Virus record (IMG/VR): IMGVR_UViG_3300049329_000003
Coordinates: 2,588-66,587 of that record
Length of the DNA stretch: 64,000 nucleotides
Direction: 5' to 3' (one strand)
Origin: a virus
Lineage: Duplodnaviria; Caudoviricetes
How positions within the stretch are numbered: the first letter of the stretch is position 1; each line of letters begins with the position of its first letter. The notes beneath the pieces were generated by a model, which worked only from the letters and a program-made list of their open reading frames with translations, was not told the origin of the DNA and made no database searches. Below, piece after piece: positions 1 to 8,335 of this stretch. Position numbers and translations under genes: made by a program.

Positions 1-145
1 TGAGACACTCGCTGACTGCATGGCCCAAGTCCGCGCCGCCACCCACACGGAAGGCAGCGAAAAGTCTTTGGATGAATAGGACAAGCGTCGCTTCCTCTCA
101 TCCGTTATTTCAAACGCGGCGTTTCTTTTTGGAGGTAGAACCCAG

Positions 146-304
146 ATGGAGAACACAGAGAAAGTCAACGTAAATGAAGAGGTTAGATCGTTAGTCGAGA
201 AGGCTGAACGGGCCGAGAAGTCTGACGATGCTTTGAAGTTTTCACAAGCGGCTTGTAATGCAGCGAATGCGGCTTGCGCTGCTAATGCGTCAACTCGGGC
301 GTGA
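146..304 (+). CDS. Small hypothetical protein (52 aa, MENTEKVNV...SDDALKFSQAACNAANA)
   Basis: Read by eye, below the 60-aa cutoff of the track; GGAGG at 131-135, ATG 146, TGA 302-304. Confidence 0.75.
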   Translation: MENTEKVNVNEEVRSLVEKAERAEKSDDALKFSQAACNAANAACAANASTRA

Positions 305-371
305 GTCGGTGTGGGGGAGGGGCTTGTGCTTAAAAGGGCAGCCCCACCTCACACGGAAAGGGGTAAAGTAA

Positions 372-671
372 ATGGCTCATCACTGTCACGCAACGAACTG
401 CACGGCAATTGTTCCGCCCACGATGTGGGGTTGTCGTAAACATTGGTTCATGGTGCCAAAAAAGATCCGCGATGAGATCTGGCGCACCTATGAAGACGGT
501 CAATGCGACACGTTAGATCCGTCCTCTGCCTATTGTCAGGCCGCACGGGCAGCAGTGATTGCGGTAGCTGAGAAGGAAGGAATCGAGCCTGACACGTCGC
601 TGTATGACATCTTTGAAACAATAGCCAATGCCCGCACGGAAGGGGAGAAGTCGAGCGAAAGGAATCTATGA
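372..671 (+). CDS. Hypothetical Cys/His (Zn-binding-like) phage protein
   Basis: HHCHATNC...CRKHW motif; purine-rich RBS upstream. Confidence 0.75.
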   Translation: MAHHCHATNCTAIVPPTMWGCRKHWFMVPKKIRDEIWRTYEDGQCDTLDPSSAYCQAARAAVIAVAEKEGIEPDTSLYDIFETIANARTEGEKSSERNL

Positions 672-814
672 TGATTACCTTACGAGAATACTTTATACAC
701 TTAATTACCTTGCTGGCCCTACTTGGGTTATTGGTCTATCTGACGCCAAAGGTTGCTCAGACAATCTCAGCCAGCATGCAACCAAAAGTCTCTACGTTTA
801 AGCCGTCACTATGA
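668..814 (+). CDS. 48-aa single-TM peptide with Flp-pilin-like TxxEY motif
   Basis: MMITLREYFIHLITLLALLGLLVYLTPKVAQTISASMQPKVSTFKPSL; ATGA overlaps with both neighbouring genes. Confidence 0.7.
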   Translation: MMITLREYFIHLITLLALLGLLVYLTPKVAQTISASMQPKVSTFKPSL

Positions 815-1098
815 GAGCGGAGACACGGGAAAGGAGAACAGTATTGAGTAAATTTCAAGACTGTGAAGACTTAGAAGGCGCGGTGCTGCTGGGTTGCGTG
901 GAGTCTCTCAATGAGATCGAGCCGCTGGCGATGCAGCGCGTTATTAGGTATTTGGCCGAAAGGTGCTTGATCCGTCTCCAAGCAGAGCATAGCGAGATAG
1001 ATAAGTCAATCGCATGGGTTAAGACCGAGATAACAAAACAGGACCACGCTCGACTGACTGAGCGCCGTGTTGCGGCACCGGAGCAGCAGCAACGATGA
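811..1098 (+). CDS. Hypothetical protein, last gene of the rightward operon
   Basis: 95-aa ORF coupled by ATGA; converges on the 1119 gene. Confidence 0.65.
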   Translation: MRAETRERRTVLSKFQDCEDLEGAVLLGCVESLNEIEPLAMQRVIRYLAERCLIRLQAEHSEIDKSIAWVKTEITKQDHARLTERRVAAPEQQQR

Positions 1099-1118
1099 CG
1101 GAGCGGGAACGGCCTTTG

Positions 1119-3053
1119 TTAACCCGTCACATTCACCTTCACAACCGCCACGCCACAGCCTGACTGAAACTTAATCTCGCGTGATTGCTTTTTAACCCGG
1201 ACATTGAATTGCTTTTTGCGGTCGTTCGGATTCGCATTCCACGACGTGGGCGATACAGTCACTTGTCCATCGGGAACAATGACCCTGACTTCGGTTGCGG
1301 CGGTGAGATTCAGTAACTCAATCTCAATCACTCCAGTGCCATTGCGCGGCACGTTCACTGAGGCAGGCGCAGAGATTGAGCAAGGAATCGTCGGTGGAGG
1401 CGGCGGCGGCGGCTCCACAGGCGGCGCTGCGACGTTCTTCACGGTAACTCTCACCCGCGCGGAGTCCACCGCATTCCCCGCCTGCCACGCGCGTATCCAG
1501 AGCGAATGCGGCCCATCCTGCATCTGTGCCGTATCCAACTGGAACTCGTAGGGCGCAGTTACGTCCATTCCAACCACAGTTTCATCCGCGACGAGAAACA
1601 CGTCTCCGATCCCTTCTGCGTTTGTAATAGTCGCAGTTACAGACGCCTTCCCTGAGAGAATTGCGCCGTCAGCGGGAGACGTGATTGTGGCGATGGGTGG
1701 AGCGGTGGGAGTTGGCGTTGGTGCAGGTGTCGGAGTTGGCGGACTTGGCACTGCTCCTTCGCTCGGCGCAGGCTCAATCTTCGCAATGAAGATGTCAGTG
1801 CGGCTTATCCCCGGTATACCGTTGTTGTTGCCCGTCCAGCATACCAGTCGCCCGTCGCGGCTAATCGTCGCTCGCGGTGTGTACCAGTAATGGGGTGATT
1901 CGTAATTCGCTCTCGTGTGAACCAATCGACGGAATTGACCCGGGAACGGCGGCTTGACGCCAACTTGAAATATCTCACGCACGAATGGGCCCTCGGTCAC
2001 GTCCACAACCTCACCTTGCGCGTTGCGAATGCGAGTGCCAGCGTAAGTCGAGACTAACGCCCACGAGTCGTTATCCGCACGTAAGCTCACATGCCAGTTG
2101 ATCCAGCCAGTCTTCGCGTACTGCCACGCCATTGTGACGTCGTGCGGTGCCGACATCTTTCGCGCGGTGAATGCGCCCCGCCACTGATCGCCACCAACGC
2201 AGAAGTCCATGCCGATGTCGTTGTGCCCGATGCAGTAATCAGGTGCACCGCTTCGTGAGAACCGATGATAATCGGGCGTCTCGGGCGCGACGTGGATGGC
2301 GTCCAACTCTCGGAATTTACAGTCATTGCAGAGATCGGCAACTAGCGCCTCAAATGTCCCCGTATCAACGTTGTAAACTTGCTGGTAAAACTGCCCTCCC
2401 GCGGCATCTTCACGGACCAGTAAGACGTATCGTCCATCCTTGCCCATTGTGATGCCGTTGATTTGATTGACTTTCACGTCAAGCTTGATTGAATTCGATG
2501 AAGCCTCGTATACCATGATGCCGTAGTCGCCCGAGCCGATAGAGCCGGAGCGCACCACGGCTGCAAAGCGGTTGTCATCCTGACTGACGTACAACTGATT
2601 GAACCTTGCGCCAGCAGGAAAGTGAGAGCGTAGATCTGCCACTACGCTGTATTGCTTGGTTGATGGTTTGTAACTCCAGATTTGACAGTCAACGAGGATG
2701 AATCCCTTATCCCTGTCAAGGAATGACCAGAACATTGATTCGTAGTCAACGAACGATCCACGAGCCGGAACCACTTCTTCCAGTGGACCAATTCTCTCAT
2801 GCGTAACCGGATTCAGGTTTCCAACGTAGTACGGCCCTCGCTGCTCGAATAGCCAGATTCTCGTTGCGTCACAATTGAACGCATTCCAAACTGAATAGGT
2901 CGTACTGAAACTCCCACCGTTTCCGTCCCGCTCATCAGTAAATCTCAACACTTCCGCACTAGAGAGATCGTCTATATACTTCCCTCCGGCAGTAGGCAGT
3001 TGCAGGACTTTGGGGTTCTCGGAATAAGTAGCAGTGTCGGTTTTGATGGTCAT
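1119..3053 (-). CDS. Beta-propeller-like protein with Pro/Thr linkers and bacterial Ig-like domains (putative virion-associated adhesin/hydrolase)
   Basis: N-terminal blades (ATISRDGRLVCWT), PTPTPAPTPTPT linker, Ig-like ITSPADGAILSG...APYEFQLDT...DGPHSLWIRA, second poly-Pro linker and a C-terminal beta domain. Confidence 0.7.
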   Translation of the reverse strand: MTIKTDTATYSENPKVLQLPTAGGKYIDDLSSAEVLRFTDERDGNGGSFSTTYSVWNAFNCDATRIWLFEQRGPYYVGNLNPVTHERIGPLEEVVPARGSFVDYESMFWSFLDRDKGFILVDCQIWSYKPSTKQYSVVADLRSHFPAGARFNQLYVSQDDNRFAAVVRSGSIGSGDYGIMVYEASSNSIKLDVKVNQINGITMGKDGRYVLLVREDAAGGQFYQQVYNVDTGTFEALVADLCNDCKFRELDAIHVAPETPDYHRFSRSGAPDYCIGHNDIGMDFCVGGDQWRGAFTARKMSAPHDVTMAWQYAKTGWINWHVSLRADNDSWALVSTYAGTRIRNAQGEVVDVTEGPFVREIFQVGVKPPFPGQFRRLVHTRANYESPHYWYTPRATISRDGRLVCWTGNNNGIPGISRTDIFIAKIEPAPSEGAVPSPPTPTPAPTPTPTAPPIATITSPADGAILSGKASVTATITNAEGIGDVFLVADETVVGMDVTAPYEFQLDTAQMQDGPHSLWIRAWQAGNAVDSARVRVTVKNVAAPPVEPPPPPPPTIPCSISAPASVNVPRNGTGVIEIELLNLTAATEVRVIVPDGQVTVSPTSWNANPNDRKKQFNVRVKKQSREIKFQSGCGVAVVKVNVTG

Positions 3054-3072
3054 TTAGGAGATTCCTTTCTTA

Positions 3073-3849
3073 CTAACTGACGGACAAACCGTAATAGTCA
3101 TTGATGTAGTCTTTTATTGTATCGTATTGCGTCGATTCAACTCTCTGACTGAAACAAAAGAACTCCGCTACCATACCATCCCAGTGCGACGTACTGGCAC
3201 CACTGCTCCAGACCGCTCGTCCCAGATGCGTGGTAGCGCCGAAGGAGAGGCTGGACATGTTTCGACTGTCGCCCACAGTGCCGTCAAGATAGTGTTTATA
3301 GTTATTTGAGACGCCCCCATCCTGTCCAGTCTTAGCCGTGACTCGGTATAAGCGCCATGACGTTAAGGATGCAGCGAAGTCGTTTTGTATACGTGCGTTG
3401 GGAGGGCCATCAGGATAAAACGCACCCTCCTTTATTAGACCATCCGTCGCAGGCCATTCGGTAAGAGACAAGAAACTGGCATTGATATCTCCCAGTAACC
3501 ACAATCCCACTTTACTTGTAGCGCTGTGCGGATCGCTCACGGATTTCAGGACAATAAATACATCCGCCTCAGTCAACCCTAACCCGCTAAGGTCCGGTCC
3601 ATCGAGATACTGAGAATTAGCCGTATCAAATTGAACTGCTGCATGACCGTTGACTTCATTGGTCTGAAACGTTGGCCTACGCGCACTGGTGGCCTGCGCC
3701 CAATCGTTACCATTTACAGTCATATCTTCCCATGTCACGACCGGGTCGCCGTCACTGAGAGCTAATTCATCAGCCCGTACACGCCAGAGAAGATTTGCTT
3801 CACTGAAATCCGTATCTTCCGCAATTGCCTCTCCTGAAAGAATAATCAT
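3073..3849 (-). CDS. LamG/concanavalin-A-like tail-associated protein
   Basis: WRVRAD...DGDPVVTWED...NGHAAVQFD...LGRA...WDGMVAEFF pattern typical of phage LamG-like domains. Confidence 0.75.
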   Translation of the reverse strand: MIILSGEAIAEDTDFSEANLLWRVRADELALSDGDPVVTWEDMTVNGNDWAQATSARRPTFQTNEVNGHAAVQFDTANSQYLDGPDLSGLGLTEADVFIVLKSVSDPHSATSKVGLWLLGDINASFLSLTEWPATDGLIKEGAFYPDGPPNARIQNDFAASLTSWRLYRVTAKTGQDGGVSNNYKHYLDGTVGDSRNMSSLSFGATTHLGRAVWSSGASTSHWDGMVAEFFCFSQRVESTQYDTIKDYINDYYGLSVS

Positions 3850-3853
3850 CGTA

Positions 3854-4255
3854 CTAGCTCGCTGGCTGCGTGATTGAGAATGAACTGATTGTAACCAGTT
3901 GGCCGGACGTAATTGCCACGGAAGTCATTTCAATCTCGCCCCCGCCTCCTGTCGTAGTAATAGACCCGTCATACCAACGTGTTCCCGCTGACGATTCTAC
4001 GCGAAACCAGCCCGCGTCAGTTGGTGCTCCCGCGCCTGCCGTGCCTGACCATGTACCGGACTTCGCGCCAACTCCTCCAGCTGCCGCTGCCATTGCGTCA
4101 GCGGGGAGCGTGATGGTTACAAGTAGCGTTCCCGTGGCCGCTGCTCCCGCCGCTGGCTGTGTGCCGCTATAGATCTTCAATGTAGCGTTGTTAAAGTCGT
4201 CACCTATTGAATCAACTTGCCGATTTCTCGCGGCGTCGTTCAAGCGTTCTGCCAT
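3854..4255 (-). CDS. Small virion structural protein (tail tip/fibre associated)
   Basis: LKIYSGTQP...GTLLVTITLP...AGWFRV...DGSITTTGGGGEI pattern; position after the tail tip gene. Confidence 0.7.
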   Translation of the reverse strand: MAERLNDAARNRQVDSIGDDFNNATLKIYSGTQPAAGAAATGTLLVTITLPADAMAAAAGGVGAKSGTWSGTAGAGAPTDAGWFRVESSAGTRWYDGSITTTGGGGEIEMTSVAITSGQLVTISSFSITQPAS

Positions 4256-4264
4256 AATAACCTC

Positions 4265-7200
4265 TTAAGGAATCGTATATGTTCCGCTGCCGCTTGGTCC
4301 TGCTCCCGCAGTACCGGAGAATTGCACCATTGGCGTAATCCACTCACCCTGCGCAGCACCGAGTCCAATCGCTATCGTTGCGCATGGCCCGATAGATGAC
4401 TTCACCCCAAACCCCGAGACCGCTTGTAAACAAACCTCATAAACTCCCGGTGTGGCCGCGAGGATTTCAAAGGTTCCGTGCAGCGCGTCATCAGGAATGA
4501 CTTTTGCGTTAGCGATCTCCTGCGAGCCTCCCGGCTTGGTGACGTAGACAATCGCGTACTGACCCGGATAGATCGTTGCTCCGAAGATGATTCCGCCCAC
4601 GATAGTTGACACGCCGCCTATACCATCGTTGCCCTGCTCTAACCCATCAGGCGGAAACGTAACTGTGTCAAACTCCAGTACTGGAGCTTCGCCAAGGTAA
4701 TTAACCAACGCACTTGGCAACGGCACTTGAGTCTGCAATACCGCATCGTCAAACGCCGAAGTCGAATACAGTCTACATGTAAAGCTCGCTTCAAACTTTT
4801 GATTATAACTAATGTCTTCAATCGTCACGGGAACATTCCGCCACTCGCCTGAGTCGTCAGAGAGACAAACCAGATCACCCATCTCCAGTAGTAGCGGCTC
4901 ACCGGCTGCGCTCCACTTGAAGAAAAAGTCAAGGTCTCTGAACTTGGCGAGATAACCATTTAGCAACCGTGAGGCTTGATTGAAATTGTCCACTGCGGAA
5001 AGATCGATAGTGGTACTATTAATCTCTCCAGTCTCGTCCTGATGGCGCTCGTCGTTGATCGTTAGCGGCTGCTCAGCGAAATCCTGAATCGCCTCCCGGT
5101 ACGTTCCCTTGACTTGGTTGATGAGCGATTGTCTACCACCTTCCGGCCATCCGAACGAGCCGTCGAGATGTGTGGCTCGCGTGGTATCCGCATAGGCTAA
5201 GGCTCGCTGCGCATCGGAGTACATGACGCGAAGGATCTCTTCCCCAGTCGTATTCAGCTTTGGCGCGTGTTCCGCTGTCACCACCGGAAGAGAGTTGATT
5301 GAGAATCCTGCCCCATTGTTGTTATGTACCAGCAGCATGAGATCGGAATTCGCCTCGACTGAAACAAACCAGTCAATTGAATCTGCCCCAGCAGGCAGCG
5401 CAACCCCAGTGACATCAATCTGCTTGTTTGCAAGGATCGTGATCGCGCCAATGTTAGAAACGTTTGTATTGCCGTTTGCGTTGTGATAGGCGTAGGCCAC
5501 GAGGTAAGCACCAGCCGTAAGTATTCCGGTAGATGACGCAAGTGTTGGCGCGGTTACGGGATCATCTAGTTCAGCAAAGTGATTCTCCTCTAACGGCGTG
5601 GTGAATTTGAGTACGCCGTACTTGGCGAAGATCACTACCTCAGTCGGATTAGAGCCAAACCGCTGCGCCTCAACGTAGTCCCTTAACCCCGGTTCCGCGT
5701 TGATAGCGTAAACAAGTTGAGATGCCATCGTGAGATTATCAATCGCTGCATCCACGTCTTCCTGCGTTGCTGTAACACTAACAGTGTAGGAGTCAATTGT
5801 GATTGAGATCACGTCTCCTACGGCACAGCTCCCACCAATCGTCACCGTTCCAGTAGCAGGAGTGGAAGTTGAACCAGCAGAGAACGTACTACCCGATGCC
5901 GCTGCAGTCATCGTCCCACTGGTAGAGTTAGCCGAGAGGGCGATCGCGTTACCATCAGCGGAGTATTCGACGTTATCGAGGACTGGGCGCACTTCGGAAG
6001 TGAGCTTATGCGCGCCTAGAAGAATCTTCCCTCTCAACGGAGGATAGAGGTTGACGATCAGATCCAAAGGACGCCACGGAGTTACGTCCAGTACCTTAAT
6101 CGAAGTCGCGCCTGCTGGGGCATTGTCTCTCAGGTAGGTATGATCTACAGGCCGCTCACAATCAATTACCAATCTCCCGTGATGGTCCCAACGGGTAAAG
6201 CCTCTAAAAGTCGTATACAGCGTATCGTAAAGGAAGTCTATCGCTTTCTTCTTATCAGTGATGACGATCCCGGCTGTGTAGCGCTTACGATAACGAGTGA
6301 TGACGTCCAACGAGGTAGGTGGCAAGTCAGGATCAAAGAATTCATACACTGCTTCTCGCGCCCAATAACCCCCCGGTCGTTGGTCCTGAAATAGAAAGTC
6401 CAGTCCTAGCCCAAAGAAGCTAAGCGCGCCAATCATCCCCGTCGAGTTGAACCGCTTGTAATCGACCCCTGCCCGTGTAGTCTCAGTATTAGGCAGCAGG
6501 CACCTCTCCGCGTTGGAAACGTCCTTAATCCCTCCCGTTGTGTAAGCAGCGGTGATTGCGGTTGCTAGTTCCCCGATATGATTGTCAGGCAGTCCGAGAT
6601 AAGCAGGATCGTTGATGATAAATCGCGCTAGATCGACCGGATTGTCAGACCACGCGATCACTCCATTACTATAACCAGCAAAGGCATTGGATATCCTTCC
6701 CGTGCCATTACCATCGACTCCAAATGCCTTGCGCACAACCTGTCCGGCGATTAGCGAGGTGATATCCGGCGCGGGATCTGAGATGACAATGTCTGAGCCG
6801 ATGCATCGTCCTGTGACGTAGGCGAGTTTTGAGTGGTACTCACCGCCAGGGAATACAAGATCCTGCGTCTGCGTGCCGACACCGCCGTACTCGCCTAGAT
6901 GCTTCACTACTTCAAGCGGTTGACTGAAGTTTGGCGATTCATTCTTGAGCGTCACGAAGTCTTTGATTGGTCCTCGGCATCCGCCCTTCTTAAACCAGAT
7001 TGTCTCTCCAGCGTCTTTATACTGAATTGTGAACAGTCTATGCAGCCAACGACCGAGCACTACCGGAACAGGCTGACCGTAAGGCGTGGTGTTGTAGGTC
7101 GAGTTATCAACTGTTGTTTTCTTCCGACTAATGCCGGGAAGAATGTTGAGTACCTTTTTAAGGAACGACTCATTATGCTTGTGTAGAAAACTCGACTCGA

Positions 7201-7918
7201 TTTGAACTACCTGTGTGCCTTGAAAGTACTTCTCGTTTCCGTATTCAATGCACTGCGCCTCAGTCTTATTGCAGACCTTCGCGGCCTGGTAAGTTGCGGT
7301 CTTCTGCGAGAGGGTTTGATCGCCTAAGCAGTCGCCCTTCTTGAACTTCAATGGACAGCTTGGTTGTAAGTCGCGCTCGGGAATCTGCGCCGCTATCGTG
7401 CCGATATCCTGCTTGGCCGTAATCGTTCCACTTGCTCTATCAAAGTCATTTGGCTTTTCACATCTGCCTACAAACCAGATAATCGAGTGAGTAAAAGGAG
7501 AGGCAGAGGCTTCAATGATGCTGAGACTGATGGCCGAACGCGGGATAATCCTCACCACGAGACGCATGCCCGGCAAGCGATTAGTGAGCACAAACCTCGC
7601 TAGATATCGCCTGCCATCATCATCCTGTTTGATGTTTGAACAAGTGAGGGAGACGGAATCAAATTGCTTGCCCTTGGACTTCTTTATGCTTGGCCCGTCG
7701 GTGACGACGCGGATGTAGTCGATAGTCTCTGCGCCCCAAGTGAAGGAGAGTGAGGACCCAGCCCAGCGTGCGAGGGCATGGCGCGGATCATAGCTGAGAT
7801 TGCCGTCTAGCGGGGCAGGGAAGAGGCTGTAATTCCATTCGTAGAGCTCATAAACGCAGGACAGGTCGCGCGAGCGCGAGCGTAGGATTGCCAGCAGATC
7901 ATCGCTAACGTCATACAT
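4265..7918 (-). CDS. Tail tip/baseplate hub protein (gpL-like Cys domain fused to gpJ-like host-specificity domain)
   Basis: 1217 aa after Dit; Cys cluster (SCPLKF..DCLG..CNKTEAQC), GQPVPVVLG, WSDNP, C-terminal LEMGDLVCL...VTIEDI and Fn3-like end. Confidence 0.85.
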   Translation of the reverse strand: MYDVSDDLLAILRSRSRDLSCVYELYEWNYSLFPAPLDGNLSYDPRHALARWAGSSLSFTWGAETIDYIRVVTDGPSIKKSKGKQFDSVSLTCSNIKQDDDGRRYLARFVLTNRLPGMRLVVRIIPRSAISLSIIEASASPFTHSIIWFVGRCEKPNDFDRASGTITAKQDIGTIAAQIPERDLQPSCPLKFKKGDCLGDQTLSQKTATYQAAKVCNKTEAQCIEYGNEKYFQGTQVVQIESSFLHKHNESFLKKVLNILPGISRKKTTVDNSTYNTTPYGQPVPVVLGRWLHRLFTIQYKDAGETIWFKKGGCRGPIKDFVTLKNESPNFSQPLEVVKHLGEYGGVGTQTQDLVFPGGEYHSKLAYVTGRCIGSDIVISDPAPDITSLIAGQVVRKAFGVDGNGTGRISNAFAGYSNGVIAWSDNPVDLARFIINDPAYLGLPDNHIGELATAITAAYTTGGIKDVSNAERCLLPNTETTRAGVDYKRFNSTGMIGALSFFGLGLDFLFQDQRPGGYWAREAVYEFFDPDLPPTSLDVITRYRKRYTAGIVITDKKKAIDFLYDTLYTTFRGFTRWDHHGRLVIDCERPVDHTYLRDNAPAGATSIKVLDVTPWRPLDLIVNLYPPLRGKILLGAHKLTSEVRPVLDNVEYSADGNAIALSANSTSGTMTAAASGSTFSAGSTSTPATGTVTIGGSCAVGDVISITIDSYTVSVTATQEDVDAAIDNLTMASQLVYAINAEPGLRDYVEAQRFGSNPTEVVIFAKYGVLKFTTPLEENHFAELDDPVTAPTLASSTGILTAGAYLVAYAYHNANGNTNVSNIGAITILANKQIDVTGVALPAGADSIDWFVSVEANSDLMLLVHNNNGAGFSINSLPVVTAEHAPKLNTTGEEILRVMYSDAQRALAYADTTRATHLDGSFGWPEGGRQSLINQVKGTYREAIQDFAEQPLTINDERHQDETGEINSTTIDLSAVDNFNQASRLLNGYLAKFRDLDFFFKWSAAGEPLLLEMGDLVCLSDDSGEWRNVPVTIEDISYNQKFEASFTCRLYSTSAFDDAVLQTQVPLPSALVNYLGEAPVLEFDTVTFPPDGLEQGNDGIGGVSTIVGGIIFGATIYPGQYAIVYVTKPGGSQEIANAKVIPDDALHGTFEILAATPGVYEVCLQAVSGFGVKSSIGPCATIAIGLGAAQGEWITPMVQFSGTAGAGPSGSGTYTIP

Positions 7919-7921
7919 AGA

Positions 7922-8335
7922 TTACGAGGGGTAGCGCACGATAACGACGCGGCGCTGCTGAATGAATTTGACTCCGTTTACATCGCCGTGGTCCCGATCA
8001 AACGACTCGAACCGGCATCCGGTAAATGTCCCGCCTTCCTGAAAAGTCCACGGGTGATCTCGAGGTTCGATAAAGGTAAACGTGATGTGCTTCTTATGTG
8101 TATCCCAAAATTGATCGAGAATGTTGGCGTCTTCATCGCTCAAGCCATCGTAGATTAGCTCCCAGCGTTGCGGAGCGTCCTCAGCAGTCGTAGTGAAATC
8201 GCGGCCCTGATCCTCGTAGACGCTTTCAATGGTGATCTCTGTATAGTCCCTACGATGGCGTAGGTACTTGACATAGATCGGCCCTGTGTCATAAGAAGTC
8301 GAATGCAGTGGAGTGGGATAGGTAGCCTCTGCCAC
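7922..8335 (-). CDS. Distal tail (Dit/gpM-like) protein
   Basis: 137 aa directly after the tape measure; RWELIYDGLS...ILDQFW...FTF pattern. Confidence 0.7.
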   Translation of the reverse strand: MAEATYPTPLHSTSYDTGPIYVKYLRHRRDYTEITIESVYEDQGRDFTTTAEDAPQRWELIYDGLSDEDANILDQFWDTHKKHITFTFIEPRDHPWTFQEGGTFTGCRFESFDRDHGDVNGVKFIQQRRVVIVRYPS

